Positions 1-13,008 of a stretch of DNA of 64,000 nt are shown here, piece after piece. The stretch is taken from the NCBI GenBank assembly GCA_002633005.1, contig NMRA01000151.1, forward strand, positions 600,400 through 664,399, read 5' to 3'. Source of the DNA: Phoronis australis (lineage: Eukaryota > Animalia > Phoronida). The notes under the pieces were generated by a model, which worked only from the letters and a program-made list of their open reading frames with translations, ran no database searches and had not been told where the DNA came from. A program made the position numbers and the translations under genes. The first letter of the stretch is position 1. Each line of letters begins with the position of its first letter.

Positions 1-590
1 GAATGACCATTATTTTATTTGAGTATTTTGACGGCCACGTGAATAGAATAGAGGGCGATCCGGGCATGTTTCATGAATACTGAAGAAAGCGCATTCCAAA
101 TTCCTTAAAAAACTCGTAGTTGCTCATCAAATGCCGAGCGAAACCAACAACCTTCAATTGGTAACACTGGTGTCTCACTGCAGACATCATAAATTCAAGC
201 TAGTGATGATTGAAAATTGAATATACAGTGTTCAGCTGCCTGCAGTGGGCAGTGATGTAGTCAGACCTTGCATATATGCATGTAACCTAGGATATCGGTC
301 ACAAATATCACTCAACATAAATCACGTTCTTTCACAACAACTGTGAGGCGCTTTGGGATTTCCCGTTAACCTGTCATTCATCAAGCATGAGGTTCTGACG
401 CTATGTTCATTGAGTATTGATTTCTATCCTCACTCCGAATAGTCTACAAATTAATATTGACACGATATCCATGACATTTTTCCATTGAACGCTTCTATAA
501 TTTATGATCCTAGTCAAATGTATGCATGCAGCCCGCTTTATCCGCTACCAAGCTACATGTAGATGTAGACAACACGGCTGAATCTATCAC

Positions 591-756
591 TAAATAACCT
601 AGCTAAATCTAAGTACCTAAAAGGCGAAAAAGATTTCAGTTATCAATTCAATTAATGTGTACAAAGATGTATCATTAAATAACCTAATTAAACCTAAGTA
701 CCATGAAGGCGAAATAGATTTCGGTTATCAAATTAATTAATGTGTACAAAGATGTA
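591..756. repeat. Tandem duplication, 2 x ~85 bp
   Basis: Unit taaataacct...aattaatgtgtacaaagatgtat starts at 591 and again at 676, with a few substitutions. Confidence 0.85.
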
Positions 757-1689
757 TGTTTTGTTGTCCGATCTTTAAAATAGAGACAACTGTTCATCAG
801 AATGCAGGCTATAATGATCGTGGCGTAAGACTTATGAGACCTGATGGTTGGTTGAAGCCGAAATTTAACCGTTTTCATATGCACAGATACATGTACGAAA
901 CTCCATGTAAGGTTAATTTTAGGATACAAAAATCGTGATATTCTACATGTAACCCAGCATAGCAAATAGTCTTTAGGAGGGGCCGCTTTGCGATTTGCGC
1001 AATCTCTGTACCATTGGTGGCAATTTCACTGCAGTTCTGTAAAGCAACTTTCAATTGTCTCCGACACAAATAACCTTCATAAGCTTTAGAATATTTATCT
1101 CATTCTACTAACTCAAACGAGAACTGTAATAAAGTGAATAAAATTCGGGAACTCGCAAAGCAATCACCATGATATCCTAACGTCAACTTACGGGACGCCA
1201 ACTCTCGTGCTTCATTCAAGAGTGAGAAAAGAAAATTTCAATTCCTCACCGCCAAATGTAAATTAACTACAAACTTGAGGACGGGAAGCTATCAGAAAAC
1301 GTATATGAATACAAAAACGACGTAATAGAGAGGTTTCGCAAAGCAAAGTGAACGTGAATTATGACGCATATCCATTCATGTTACAGTAACGAAAATGGAT
1401 TTCGCAACAGCTACCTGAGCTCAGGATGTCCAGTTATCGTAGACTCGTAGCCAGCATTAAGCAGGGAGTGGTTCGAATTTCTAGAACGGTGGACCTTCGT
1501 TATTTTGCAAACGTCGACACTGTAGAGTTTTCGGTACTAGGCCTTTGACGCAGCTTAATTACGATAATCGTAGTACATATCCGCTAGATACAAATATATA
1601 ATGAATGTGAAAATGTCGTTTCCGCGAACTCTTGCGAAAAATAGTCAACTTTCATTATGCGAAATTCATTTGCAGTTTAGAATAAATAG

Positions 1690-3710
1690 ATGCATGCAAA
1701 TTAAGCAATAACAACAAGAAATAATATTTGTTAAAAATCTATTTTAGTTCGAAGATATCCATCGAACCCCGGCAGTATAAGGATTTTAGAAAAAGTGCTT
1801 TCTTGCAAGGAAACTTCAAGAACATTTATAGAAAAAAGATTCGTTTTTATTTTATACTGAAGAAAATAAAAAAGGTTGAGAACCCTATCAAAATGAAAAT
1901 CTTCGATGTCTTACCAAAAAAAGAATTTAAAAAGCGGTCAGTTTTCGCGTTTCAAGCGACGCCAATCTCTGTATTCGCATAGTATTGAAAATTCTATTAA
2001 AAAGTTTGTGGAGAAGTTCTATTAGGGCCTCAGGGAAGCACTTATAGCATTCAGCCGGTATGCCATCTTCTCCGGGAGATGTATTATTCCTTTGTTTCTT
2101 AATGGCCCTTACTATTTCATCTGTGCTAATACCGGCATTTAGTTCACCCATGTCAAAGGTACTGGTTACATCACGCTCACTCTGTGGGTGTCTACAACGC
2201 TCACACTGTGCGTCATGCTCCTCAAGAGTCTGTCTAAGTAGGTAATCAAAAGTTTCACTGCGGCCTTCTGTTCTGTTAATATCAAACATGTTACTGAAAT
2301 ATCAAAACCACAGTCTCCAATTCAGTAAAATTATTATTATCAGGCTTTGTAGTGTGTACTGGCTCTGACAAGTTTTGTTTTATAATATTCCAAAATCTAT
2401 TAGGATTCCCCACTGACTCACAAAGCTCACTTTGTTTATCGGTATAGAATCGCTTTTTCGTCTTCTTACATAACTTTTTGCACTCATTTCTACTAGCAAG
2501 ATAATTTCTCAGGTCTAAGTCACTCCGAAAAACCCTAAATTTTCTCAGTAGACGCTCCTTTTGTAGTTTCGTCTCTTTACACTCAGTGTCAAACCATGCA
2601 GGTCTACGTGGTTCACTTACACACCTGTCTTGCCTCACGAGCATGCCCGCTCCACATGACTGGAGCAAGTCTACTAAGCCTTTAACACTCTCATTTATGT
2701 CAATATCAACACAGCTCATAATTTCTCGACACTTATCTTTTCCTTCCTGGCTTTGTAATTTTTATAAAAATACACCTGCTTTCTCATTATGACATCTATA
2801 TCTTACTCGTTTTTGCAATGCTGTATAAAGTTCACCAGTAACTTTTTGACATAATTTTGCAGGGGTACTGAGGGTACAAATTAAAGGAAAATGCAACGAT
2901 AAATCACATTGCAATACTTTAAAATCTTGAATGTACTCGAACAACGATGTCTCGGCAAGAACATAATCAATGGTGCTACAACCTCTCGTCGAAACAAAAG
3001 TAAAATTGCCATCAGGATCAGATTTCGATCTACCATTAACAATGTGGATACCATGACCCATATACAAATCAATTAAATTTTTACCAAAATTATTCGTTTT
3101 GGCATCTTGGTTTTTGCTTGGTTTGGCGAAATCATCCTCTACATAGACACAGCTATCTTCTATAACAGGGACATATTTTGTACTGTCATCAGCAATAAAG
3201 TCATTGACAGTGCCAGTACGGGCATTGCAATCACCTGCAAGAATTATTCTGGCTTGACTTAGTTTACCTGAAACATTAAAATATATGATGTCAATATATA
3301 ACTGCTGCAAGTCACTTTCTTGGCTATAATCAGAGCCCTCTGAAAGCAGGTACACAAAACCTATAATGACATGAGGCTTTTCGCTATGTTGGTACATATT
3401 TTTTATGTGTAAATAGACAAGATCTTTCAAATCATGATTCATGCGCGTTACATTCTGTGCCAAATTATTTTTTACTAACACAGTGACGCCTCCTGATAAT
3501 TTCCCACCAGGGGGCGAATTGCAGAGTGGACAGTATAGTTGTCGAAAAATGGTCAAATTCTGTTTGCGATTTTTGGAATGATACAATGAAACCATTTATA
3601 TCACATAACTCAACAATTTCATAATTATATTTCCTTAGAAGATGACTTCATTTTGAAGCCCAGTCCTTCTATATTCCAGGATCCTATATTCAAATCGATG
3701 CTCTGTTCAT
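1690..3710 (-). mobile_element. Decayed CR1/L2-group LINE ORF2 (APE endonuclease plus start of RT, internally deleted)
   Basis: Minus strand reads LNIGSWNIEGL (~3690), SGGV.VLVK, ILAGDCNART, NFTFVSTRGCSTIDY, then PAWFD.EC, NPNRFW and SPGEDGIPAECYK..LHKLFN across frameshifted ORFs 2762-3595, 2291-2719 and 1927-2289. The left boundary is approximate. Confidence 0.85.
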
Positions 3711-4049
3711 CAAATTGCTATTCTGCATCAGGGTCTGCTTCATCATTGATACCTCTGTCAGCTGACCTTGTTCACAATGGTTGTGACAGTTACGCAATAC
3801 GCTGCAGATAAGTTGAATGTCCGTTGTAAATGTGCACAGGGGAATACACTGAAATAACTACTTTTAACCATGCGCTCACTCAGTTTTTAGCACCTACAAA
3901 ATCTCTATCCACTCCTCCTTGAACTGTAGTGATTTAAAGTAATCGTCTTCGGCACAAATAATATTATACAGCAAATTTCAGCCGCACAGTTTTCACCCGC
4001 ATTCGTAGGTAGGCAGCGCCATCTATCCTAGACATTACGTCAGAATTTA

Positions 4050-4450
4050 ATGTTCTCCACTATCTGTTGCTCTTACAACTTGCAATCTTAATGTTTCGCA
4101 GGCACTCTCCGCCAATTTCAACATTCTTATCTCGCATGTCGCTCTCATAACATTTGGATTGATGGAGTTTTGTTACCCTCGTGTTCGTCTGGTTACGTCA
4201 ATGCTCTGGAGTTCCCCATAGATATGGCAGCACACTAGGGCCCCTTCTGTTTTACTCTACATCAACGATCTTCCGAACTCAAACTCTGAAACCTGTGAAT
4301 ACGCTGGTGACCGCAAATATCGATGGATTCGCAAAAAAGTCATCTTCAGTACTCAGTACTACATTCTAATTTAGACCAACGCTCTGACTGGTCTCGCAAA
4401 TGAGAATGACATTCAAACGTTGATTTAACGTTTTCAAAATTCAAAAACAC
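4050..4450 (+). mobile_element. Small degraded CR1/L2-type RT fragment
   Basis: SGVPH-RYGSTLGPLLF followed by a frameshifted YINDLP, matching the GVPQGSxLGPLLFxxYINDL RT motif. Confidence 0.7.
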
Positions 4451-4957
4451 TGATTTCCACACAAATTCATCCCGTCTATCACCCAATGTGATGAGAAAAT
4501 TATTCCCCGCGCGTGCGCAAAACATCTTGGTAGTGTTATTAGGACTACGTAATCAAATTAATCCATTCAAATACTGATTCTCGTCATCTCAACTGCGCGC
4601 ATCTCGAAACTGTCGCCAATTCTTTTTGACATCTACATGTAGATTGCTGTGAAATTATACATGTTTACCATCAGTGAGCACAGCCATACTACTCCAGTTA
4701 CTAAGCAGCGTCAGTCATAGCAGAGATGCAAAGGTTCAACACAATTAAGGTTCCAATAGTTCTAAATGGGTCAAACTACACTGTAGCTACCCGCTGAAAA
4801 CTCTAATATGCGTTAATTTAAAGTTTTAAAATTTCAAACATCAACAACCATTGAAGTGAAACCTATTATGATTTTATCATGCCACAAAACGCCATCATGC
4901 CGTTTCTCGAAGATTTTTTGACACAAGGCAAAACTCAATCGATTTCGGACTACGATT

Positions 4958-6403
4958 GGTGTCGCCTTGTTGTTCCCTGGCCTTTCTGTTTCCCAGTCCC
5001 CCTGTTTCCCCCTTTCCCCTGCCCTATGTTTCCAATCCCGATGTTCCCCCGGACTTTTGTTCCAACGTCCCGGTGTCCCCTCAGCCTTATGTTTGTTGCG
5101 GTCCGATATTACTCCCATGTGTTCCCCAGTTTCGATGTTCCCGGGCCTTATGTTTGCTGTTCCAATATTTCCCCGACACCATCTTTTCCATCTTGCTATC
5201 CCCCGGCCCTATATTTCCCAGGCCCTATATTTCTCGTCCCGGTGGCCCCCTGTTTTATGTTTCCTGTTCCGATGTTTCCGGGCTCAGGTTTGCGGCTCGG
5301 ATAATTCCCCGGCCCCATGTTACCCTTCTTGGTGTTCCCCCAGCCTTATATTTCCCATCCCGATATTCTCCTTGCCGTATGTTTCGCATCCCTGTAGTAT
5401 CTCTGCTATCTAATTCCCGTTTTGATTCCACCCTACCATGTTTTCCCCCGTCCCGATATTTCGCCTGCTACCCTATGTCCAACTGTCTATCGGCTCCATG
5501 TTTGCCGTCCTGATGACCCGCTGCCCGTTGATCTCCTTTCCCCGATGTTTCCCATGCCCGCTGTTTTGCCGGCCGTGTGTTACCCCGTCTCGATTATTCC
5601 CTGGAACTATGTTTACCCGTACTGATGTACCCAGGCTCCGATGTTCCCCGGATCTTTGTTCTCACGTCCCGATGATCCCTCGGGCTTATGTTTGCCGTTC
5701 CAATATTCCCCCGGCCCAATGTTCGCGTTCCGATGTTCCACCTAGTACCCTATTTTCCGTCCCGATAGTCGCCCGGTTCAATGTTTCCCGTTACGATGTT
5801 CCTCCGACATAGTTTCCGTGTCTTGATATTACCCCCTGCCGCCATGTTCCCCTCGTCCTACAAGTATGTTACCAGTTCTGATTCCCCCACTCCCTACCGA
5901 TGACCCTCCAGTCACGTGTTACATGTACCCCTTCCGATGTTCCCTATGTTCGATCGTGATATTTTGGTGCACTTCACGGCATGAGCCTACAGGCATGTGG
6001 GCCGAGATGGTGACACAAAAATTCTCAACTTTCAGTGAAATAACGCTTTATGAGTGTAATGGCGCATGTCCGTACATCCGCCATAGAACTGAGGCGCTTC
6101 AGATTGTGTTCGGTTGATACATGCACTTATGGAAATTCAAAACTAAAATACAAATACAATGTTTCAGTATCAGCATGCACTTTTCTCATATGCAATAGTT
6201 GCTCTAGGGACTTAATATCACATCTTGAGAATGCTTATGATGTGCCGAGATGCTCGCCCGTTTTCAGTGGCAGGTACGGTATAACTTATAACACAAAAAA
6301 TTACTTCCGATATATACAAAATATGGGTATAGTCGAGGAAATATTGGAGCGGAGAAACGTATAGTCTGAGGGAGCTTTAGGACGAAGGAACATCGGTGAA
6401 GCC
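4958..6403. repeat. Foldback-like element with degenerate ~15-bp CCGATGTTCCC-type subrepeat array
   Basis: About 1 kb pyrimidine-rich array of (c)cgatgttccc/cctatgtttcc variants at 4960-5955. The reverse-complement motif ggaacatcggtgaagcc occurs at ~6387-6403. Confidence 0.6.
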
Positions 6404-7418
6404 ACATATGGAAGGGGAATTATTCTATTTGAGCACACTTTGTCTTTTGACATCGAGTGGTACTGCTTAAGCCAGATTTTCGTAGACTGGCATTAGCCGA
6501 AAGCAAAGAGACAAGTATAAAACTTTCCACAGCATGCCACTGCTAGCGACGTGCCAGTACCCTGAATATTGAACCTCCTCACAATCTTGAAATTAGTGCA
6601 TATAGATCGAGTTGCGGATTATTTCTTACCAGCGCCAATTTTAGGGATATTTCATTGTTGTGTTGATATGGAGACTCCCAGGTATTAAGTGCTTATATCT
6701 ACTTTGTTTATTTTACAGTTTAACGTGAGGAACAGATAGCAGAGCAGCTTTTTGATTTTGTTTACAGAAATCTTCATACAAGTGAAACAATATGGCTTAA
6801 TGCAAAAAGTTGCTTAATTTCTGTTTCATAGGGTAACTGCTTGTGACCGACATTGATTGCTTACGTCAATCATAGCTCATTTTTGATAAAATACTTGATT
6901 TGCTCTCCATGTTTGTATAACATGGTCTTTATCGACAAGACATTGTAAACTAGTATCAAACATCTACATTAACATTTATGTCTGTAAATGTTTATATAAT
7001 TTGCATTTGTGATGGTATTCTTATCCGAATACCACTGACAAATGTATCTACATGTATGTAACGTTTTTGATGCCCAAGTGTAATGCTTTCCGGAACTTTC
7101 TGGGTTTAACTCCAATTATTGTTCATATTATTTTTTGTAAGAAACATCGAAAACAGTACATCGTCTGTTCTGTTTTCGGTGAGAGAGCAGGATCGCGGAA
7201 GCGGAGGCCGGTATGAGGGAAAAACGGTGTCGCTCCAGAAATTTTGCAGCGTCAAGGGTGAAAGTACACGTAGGCTCAGAGTTTGTGACGACCGGAGTAA
7301 GTGTTTGACGGCGGGGGATTTTGAACGGGAATGTAACTGATTGTTAGGCATTAACTGATATCCATGCCAGGCGTGGTTAGGGATTAGTGACTTAATGATT
7401 TCATTTGTTAATTACAGG

Positions 7419-8130
7419 TTCAGCGTTTGCAATGATATTCAACGAGGATTTGGCCTTTTTAAATCTGCTTGCCGTCGCCCCTCAATACCGGAAGCAAGGA
7501 ATCGCTACCCGTTTGAACAAGCGGGGTTTAGAATACATAGGAGACAGAAACCTGTGCAGCAACATGCTAGCGCCAGGTATTGCGGCACTCAGGAAGGTCA
7601 CGACAGTAACAGAGACCTTCACCATTTCTACTTACGTTGGAATTTCAAGTAAAACGTCTTTCAATTTAGAGCAAGAAACGTGTTCTCCAAGCTACACTCT
7701 TGTGCCGGTGGATGACTTGAACTTTGGTAAACTCGTCGAATATGACTCACAAATACACACCATTCCGCGAGAAAAAATTATCAAGGTTATGCTCAAAGAA
7801 AAGAACGTTGTAACAACGCTATGTCTAGAAGAAAATTCTATCGCTGGGTACATTCATGCTAGCCAGCGAATTTTCATGGACATTGGACCAATATACGCTA
7901 ACAATTCAAACATTGCAAAACTTCTGCTGACAAAAGTTCTCATGGAAGCTCCTAGTGGACAGGAAATTAAAATTACCATAGTTGACTTAAACGAAGAAGC
8001 GAAAAATATTGCCAAATCTTTGGGTTTAAAGAAAGTTCATTCTTCCAAAAGGATTTTTACAAAGCGAGCTATTACACTACCAGCGGAAAAATGCTATGGC
8101 CTGATGGACACGGGCTTCTTTCTCATTTGA
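7419..8130 (+). CDS. GNAT acetyltransferase, YitH/HolE-like two-domain type; terminal coding exon
   Basis: Acceptor aattacag|GT at 7418 (phase 1). Acetyl-CoA motif A LAVAPQYRKQGIATRL, then LVEYDSQIH..PR and GYI...IGPIYA...AKLLL typical of the second GNAT domain. Stop at 8130, AATAAA ~45 bp downstream. Upstream exon not securely identified. Confidence 0.8.
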
Positions 8131-9316
8131 GATGTGACACCAAGATTGTGCAAATCATAACCTGTCACACAAAATAAACGAAGTGGCTTACCACCGACAT
8201 CGAGCCACACTAAACTTCTCTCATGTTTTTGAAAAAATAAGTGTCTCAGTCATACTAAGCCTCACGATAGATTGCTGTCTTAGCTTGCGTAACCGTAGCT
8301 GAAAAAGTGGTATGAACAAGAGAGTTGTAACCTCAGGAGTTCACAAACAATATACGTAACATTTGTACAAAACATACTGGAACTACTTGTTATTATGATA
8401 ACCAAATTTTCACAAACACAGCACATGACGCAATCTGTGGCATGCCATGTATTCGAAAGAATAAAACTATACACTCCTCCAAGTAAATTTTGGACTTCAC
8501 CATCTAAGAACTTATAAACAGAGCTCAGCTAAATAAGAGTATAACTAAACATTGATGAAAATATGAAGCTTTTCATAAGCCGCATACAGAAGCCTGTGTG
8601 TTTTAACAAGTACACCTGTAGGTGCTTGTACCAAGAAACTATTCTACCGTAACTGGGTAGGCGGAAGCCGATGTGCTGTCCAGTTGACTTTCACGTTCTT
8701 GAACCAACACAGAATCATCCTCAAAATTGCTTACATCAGCCGAGTTCTTCAAGTTTTACTTCACTATCCTCCGCCGTGGAGTACTTGTTGCTGTTACTTT
8801 GAAAGGGAAATATAGTAGGACAGTTTCCAAGATACGTTTTCTTCCCGCCCTCAAGGCAACTTCCATAGTAAACACAACGGAAGTCAATTCCCGTACACTA
8901 GCTGGTACCCGTGGGCATTCTACTTCTTTGTACTGTTTTCACGATCAATGTTTCTGTCTGCTGCAGTTGTTACTACTAACAAGAATAGTACCAGTAGTTG
9001 TAAAGTTACACTGTACTGCAGAAAAATTTTTGCGAAACTGGTTTTACGTATCGTCAACCCTGCGGTGCCTTTCGCTGATCTAAAGTGGAACACTCCAATA
9101 TGATTCCTGGATACGAGCTGAAGGACATATGCAAGGGATCCCAAGCCAAATTTCGTGAACAATCAATTTTACGAAAATAGATAACAAAACTTTAAAAATG
9201 AGATTTATGCTTAATTCGACAGTTTTTTCCAATACAAGTTTTATTATAACAGGTTTGAAAAGTGCTGATCAATAAAATGGTAATGTGGCGCATGATAGTG
9301 GTCGTAGAAATAAAAA

Positions 9317-11299
9317 TCATGGCATCTTCTCTTTGCAAAAACAAAATTTCCTATCATCGGGGGCGTCCTTCATAACGCAATGCGCAGTGTTTCCATATTG
9401 ATTGATTCTGCTGATGTCCGCTCTATCTAAATAAAATGTGTTAGTGATCACGTTTTGTTTTACTGTTGCTTCGTAAAGGCCGCCACTTGGACCGGTGACA
9501 ATAGTTACCTGAAACAGTCTTATTGTGTCGCGGGTTTTCTCACTCAATTCTGGGGCAAATCCATCTGCGTCATGTGTCTTTTTGAACGCTAGCATATTTT
9601 TCGTGTGTTTAAATACAGCGGCCGCACGAATGTTGTTTAGTTTCAGCTCTGCACAAATTTTTCTTTTGTATTCTGTTATTGCATTAATTTTACGAACCAC
9701 CGCTGATGCAGCTTTAAAAACGTCCGAGTCGTTCAACGCGATTGGTGAAAACAGCAAGCAATTACACCAATGTGCTTCGACGTCAGCATCCTGACATGTT
9801 CTTTCAACTGGAATTTCCCGGAAAAGACTGATGCTTCTTTCTGTCAACTTACCCATTCCAGAGCCGCCGAAATTAAGTATATCTAGTAATGTTGAATGTA
9901 TGTCAAATGGAGTAGTCAGACGCTCAGAGTTCTTCACCAGATTCCTGTGCGCTGTTGGATACTTTATTTTGAACCAATTTGGTAGCGTAAATGAAAAGAA
10001 TGGGTTTCTCTCTTCCTGTTTACCCCGCACGCTCGATCGGTACCCACTGTATCTCAATCCGTGATCAGCCATCAATATTAGCATAGTGCGATTAAGTATA
10101 CCTGAGTCTTTATAAAACTGTAAGCTCTGTTGCAAGTATTCGTCTGCGTATTGTAACGGGTCATTGCCATTATGACTTAACTCGTTATGAAAGACAAAAC
10201 CAAATTTTCGCCTGTTTGGATATGCCACCATAAAATCTTTGATCCAATCAAGTACAACACGTATCAGCGTGCGCTCGCCTATGCACTTAGAGGAACTAGA
10301 CATGATGTTGTGAAATATTCTCATGTAATGGTGCGTGGGCTGTTGCTTGAATCCAGTCATGCGGTAAGTGAACGTGCCTATGCCAGGACTGTCCTCCGAC
10401 CACGCCGTAACGTACCCGTGATCTGAGAAATTATACCATGCAAACGGAAAAACGTCAGCGTGCAGTTTGCTGTTGAGTCTCTTTAAGATGCGTGGCAGTT
10501 CCAGCTCTGTTTTGCCCGTGAAAATGGGTATCAGGGCCTGGGGAGTCCCATCGCCTACGATATTGTAACCCTTAAGAACGACACCTTGTAAGTGATTGAC
10601 AAGATAGTTGTAAGTTTTGGGCAACTTTCTCATGAACGACATCCGAGATACAGAGTCGAAACCGATGATGAGCACGTTAAGTTCTAATGATGAATGACTT
10701 TTGACGCCGTTGAGGAGACCAGGTACAGGATGAATGCCCGCGTGCGCATTGGTGTACGTTTGACCCGAAGTGCTGTTACAGAACACGCGGAAGAAATCTA
10801 CAGGAATATCTGTGTTGTTTTCTATACCTTTCGCTGGTCCCTCGGTCGTGGTGACATCGTTAAGTCTTTCAAAAGCTTTGTACTGACAAGAAATCTTGCC
10901 GAATTGTTTGGCTGCATCTGGCGAAATGATGAACTTCCCAGCTACAATATCGACCCAGTTTTTTCTTTCGTTGCACTTAAGTGGTGGAAGTTCTTTCACA
11001 AACGATTTTATTTCCGGGTCCCACGGCTCCAATTCAGGATACCGACAGCGTTTAATTTTTGAAGGAGCGTCTGTGAGCGTCACTGAATGTAGTTTCTGGG
11101 AGACACTGCGGGGTATTGCTCCATCAAGGGGCGATATTTCTTCATGAAATCTAGCACGAACGGTTGTTGTCGAGGAGGCGCCAGCGGGAAAGCTCCAATA
11201 TAGTTTACCGATGACTATCAACATAGCCAGAGATAAGCAGTTCAAACAAATTAAAAGAGTTCTGAATGACCGCTTTCTAATCCATTTAGTCAGGTACAT
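9317..11299 (-). CDS. DUF229 family protein (alkaline phosphatase/sulfatase superfamily), type II membrane protein, 660 aa, single coding exon
   Basis: Uninterrupted 660-aa ORF with an N-terminal hydrophobic anchor. Motifs NVLIIGFDSVSR, GYNIVGDGT, ELSH, LMADHGLR, EERNPF, RLTTPFDIH.TL, RTC.DA.V..HWC.C and C-terminal ISRINQYG...C....KFCFC. The ATG follows a tttgtag acceptor directly, implying an upstream exon. Confidence 0.92.
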   Translation of the reverse strand: MYLTKWIRKRSFRTLLICLNCLSLAMLIVIGKLYWSFPAGASSTTTVRARFHEEISPLDGAIPRSVSQKLHSVTLTDAPSKIKRCRYPELEPWDPEIKSFVKELPPLKCNERKNWVDIVAGKFIISPDAAKQFGKISCQYKAFERLNDVTTTEGPAKGIENNTDIPVDFFRVFCNSTSGQTYTNAHAGIHPVPGLLNGVKSHSSLELNVLIIGFDSVSRMSFMRKLPKTYNYLVNHLQGVVLKGYNIVGDGTPQALIPIFTGKTELELPRILKRLNSKLHADVFPFAWYNFSDHGYVTAWSEDSPGIGTFTYRMTGFKQQPTHHYMRIFHNIMSSSSKCIGERTLIRVVLDWIKDFMVAYPNRRKFGFVFHNELSHNGNDPLQYADEYLQQSLQFYKDSGILNRTMLILMADHGLRYSGYRSSVRGKQEERNPFFSFTLPNWFKIKYPTAHRNLVKNSERLTTPFDIHSTLLDILNFGGSGMGKLTERSISLFREIPVERTCQDADVEAHWCNCLLFSPIALNDSDVFKAASAVVRKINAITEYKRKICAELKLNNIRAAAVFKHTKNMLAFKKTHDADGFAPELSEKTRDTIRLFQVTIVTGPSGGLYEATVKQNVITNTFYLDRADISRINQYGNTAHCVMKDAPDDRKFCFCKEKMP

Positions 11300-11790
11300 C
11301 TACAAATAAAGAAAATACAATTTCGAAATGAAAACGTGTGAATGGTGTTCAGATTATACATTACCCTAGAAAATGCCGTCAATTTAAATTCGGAATATCA
11401 CATCAAAGTAACTGTTGATCTGATTCATACAGAACTTTGAATAACATCCTTCATGCACTGTTCTCCAAAACACTTAAAAATTGTTGTTGACATGTGTCGT
11501 TTTTGCATGAGCAGCTATCAAAATAGGACTGTTGTGATTCTATGACAAAATCAAAATCAGCGAAAAGATAATTTAGAAAACATTTACAACGTTTTTTGAA
11601 ACTTTATTTTGACCACGTATTTACGAACATTACCCACGCTCTTGATGCAGTTGTGGTCCTATGAATGCACCTTCCCTTTTTGATACATTTTACCATAGTA
11701 CATGGACCGCCAACTCCGTATACTTCAATGGACGAAATCTGTGCTCATCCGCATATCGTTACGTAATTATTCACTAACGACAACTGGCCC

Positions 11791-12017
11791 AATTATCTGG
11801 TGTTATTTCCGGCAAATAGGTCGTCTGCTAATCTGGGTCGGCTGTTGTGTTGTCGGATGGTTGTAGCATTGCTGAAAGTACTCACGATACTAACAGTTCT
11901 ACTATTTTAAGAGTTTGAACAGCCTGAGTATTCTTTTGCTTTCGCTGTACTGGACAGTAAAATAGATGCGAGAATTTCCCGTCACAATACACTAACCGGA
12001 AACTGCACCAGATAATT
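11791..12017. repeat. 22-bp inverted repeat pair (MITE-like)
   Basis: aattatctggtgttatttccgg (11791-11812) versus ccggaaactgcaccagataatt (11996-12017). Confidence 0.55.
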
Positions 12018-12188
12018 TAGGAGAGTGGCACCTCCTCTTGGATAGCCCGGAAGGTAATGTCGCTGTTGCGAATCTGTTGTCTTTTATCTATGATTTTACT
12101 AAAAACCACATGGTCAAGTGGCCAATGAAGATTTCGGGGTATGAAGTAAAAAATCAAATTATACATATAGATAATTACGTGGCGAGTT

Positions 12189-12277
12189 CGTTATCCCCGT
12201 CATCTAGAGCCCGAGTGGATTTTGGAGAATTAATAATTCTCCAAAATTCACTCGGGCTCTAGATAAGGGGGATAACG
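12189..12277. repeat. Near-perfect 89-bp palindrome, probably at the end of a non-autonomous DNA element (~12160-12980)
   Basis: atctagagcccgagtggattttggagaatta-a-taattctccaaaattcactcgggctctagat: 31-bp arms, 1 mismatch, 1-nt loop. Extended by cgttatcccc/ggggataacg. Confidence 0.9.
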
Positions 12278-13008
12278 ACTGAGAACATGAAATAATCTAT
12301 TCACACCACATACTAAACGAGAAACATTGCAATGAATCGGTCTACCTTTCTCGACTCGCCTCGGCTTTGTAACTACTTTCTATGTCAGAGACCCGGGGTC
12401 GGAGGTCGTGACCTTTTAAGAAAATCCGAGCTATTTTTGTCAAATAATACTTATACTCAAAACCACTTGGAAATTTAAACAAAATAGAAATGAAATGAAT
12501 CTATAAATTAAGGTTTAGCAACTATTATAGCTTACTACACATTTTATCACGCCAAGTTCCTACCGGGAAAATATCGTCTGCTAAAGTAGATTACCACTAG
12601 TAACTGACTATAATGCTCAAGTCAAAGGATCTTGACGACACGATACCCGCATTCAATTTGGAGATCGGTGATTTACAAGTGAGAGAACGCGAGAGAAAAA
12701 TTTCACTGAATTATGGAAATTACGGGTCTTATTTTTCATAGCGTATAAATGTCGGTGCAATGCCCTTTGCTGTACACGCGATTGTTGCGCGTGCTCATTA
12801 TATTTTCACGTTCGATGACGTCAGCCGCTGAGTGGTGTAGTGGTGGTAAAGTCGGTTTCTCGAAACTCTTGACGAATCCGGCCTCGCTTTCCCGCCAAAA
12901 TTTTATCTCACTAGTGAGATAATTTTATGGGTTATTACACGGTTGTATCTGCCATTCGAGGCTAATATTGTGGTATAAAAGCTTTTAACTTTCAGACGAA
13001 GCTTTACC

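Noticed and set aside
4834-5812. Overlapping Pro-rich ORFs as a real gene
   Set aside because: Open in several frames because the degenerate repeat lacks stop codons; no domain features.
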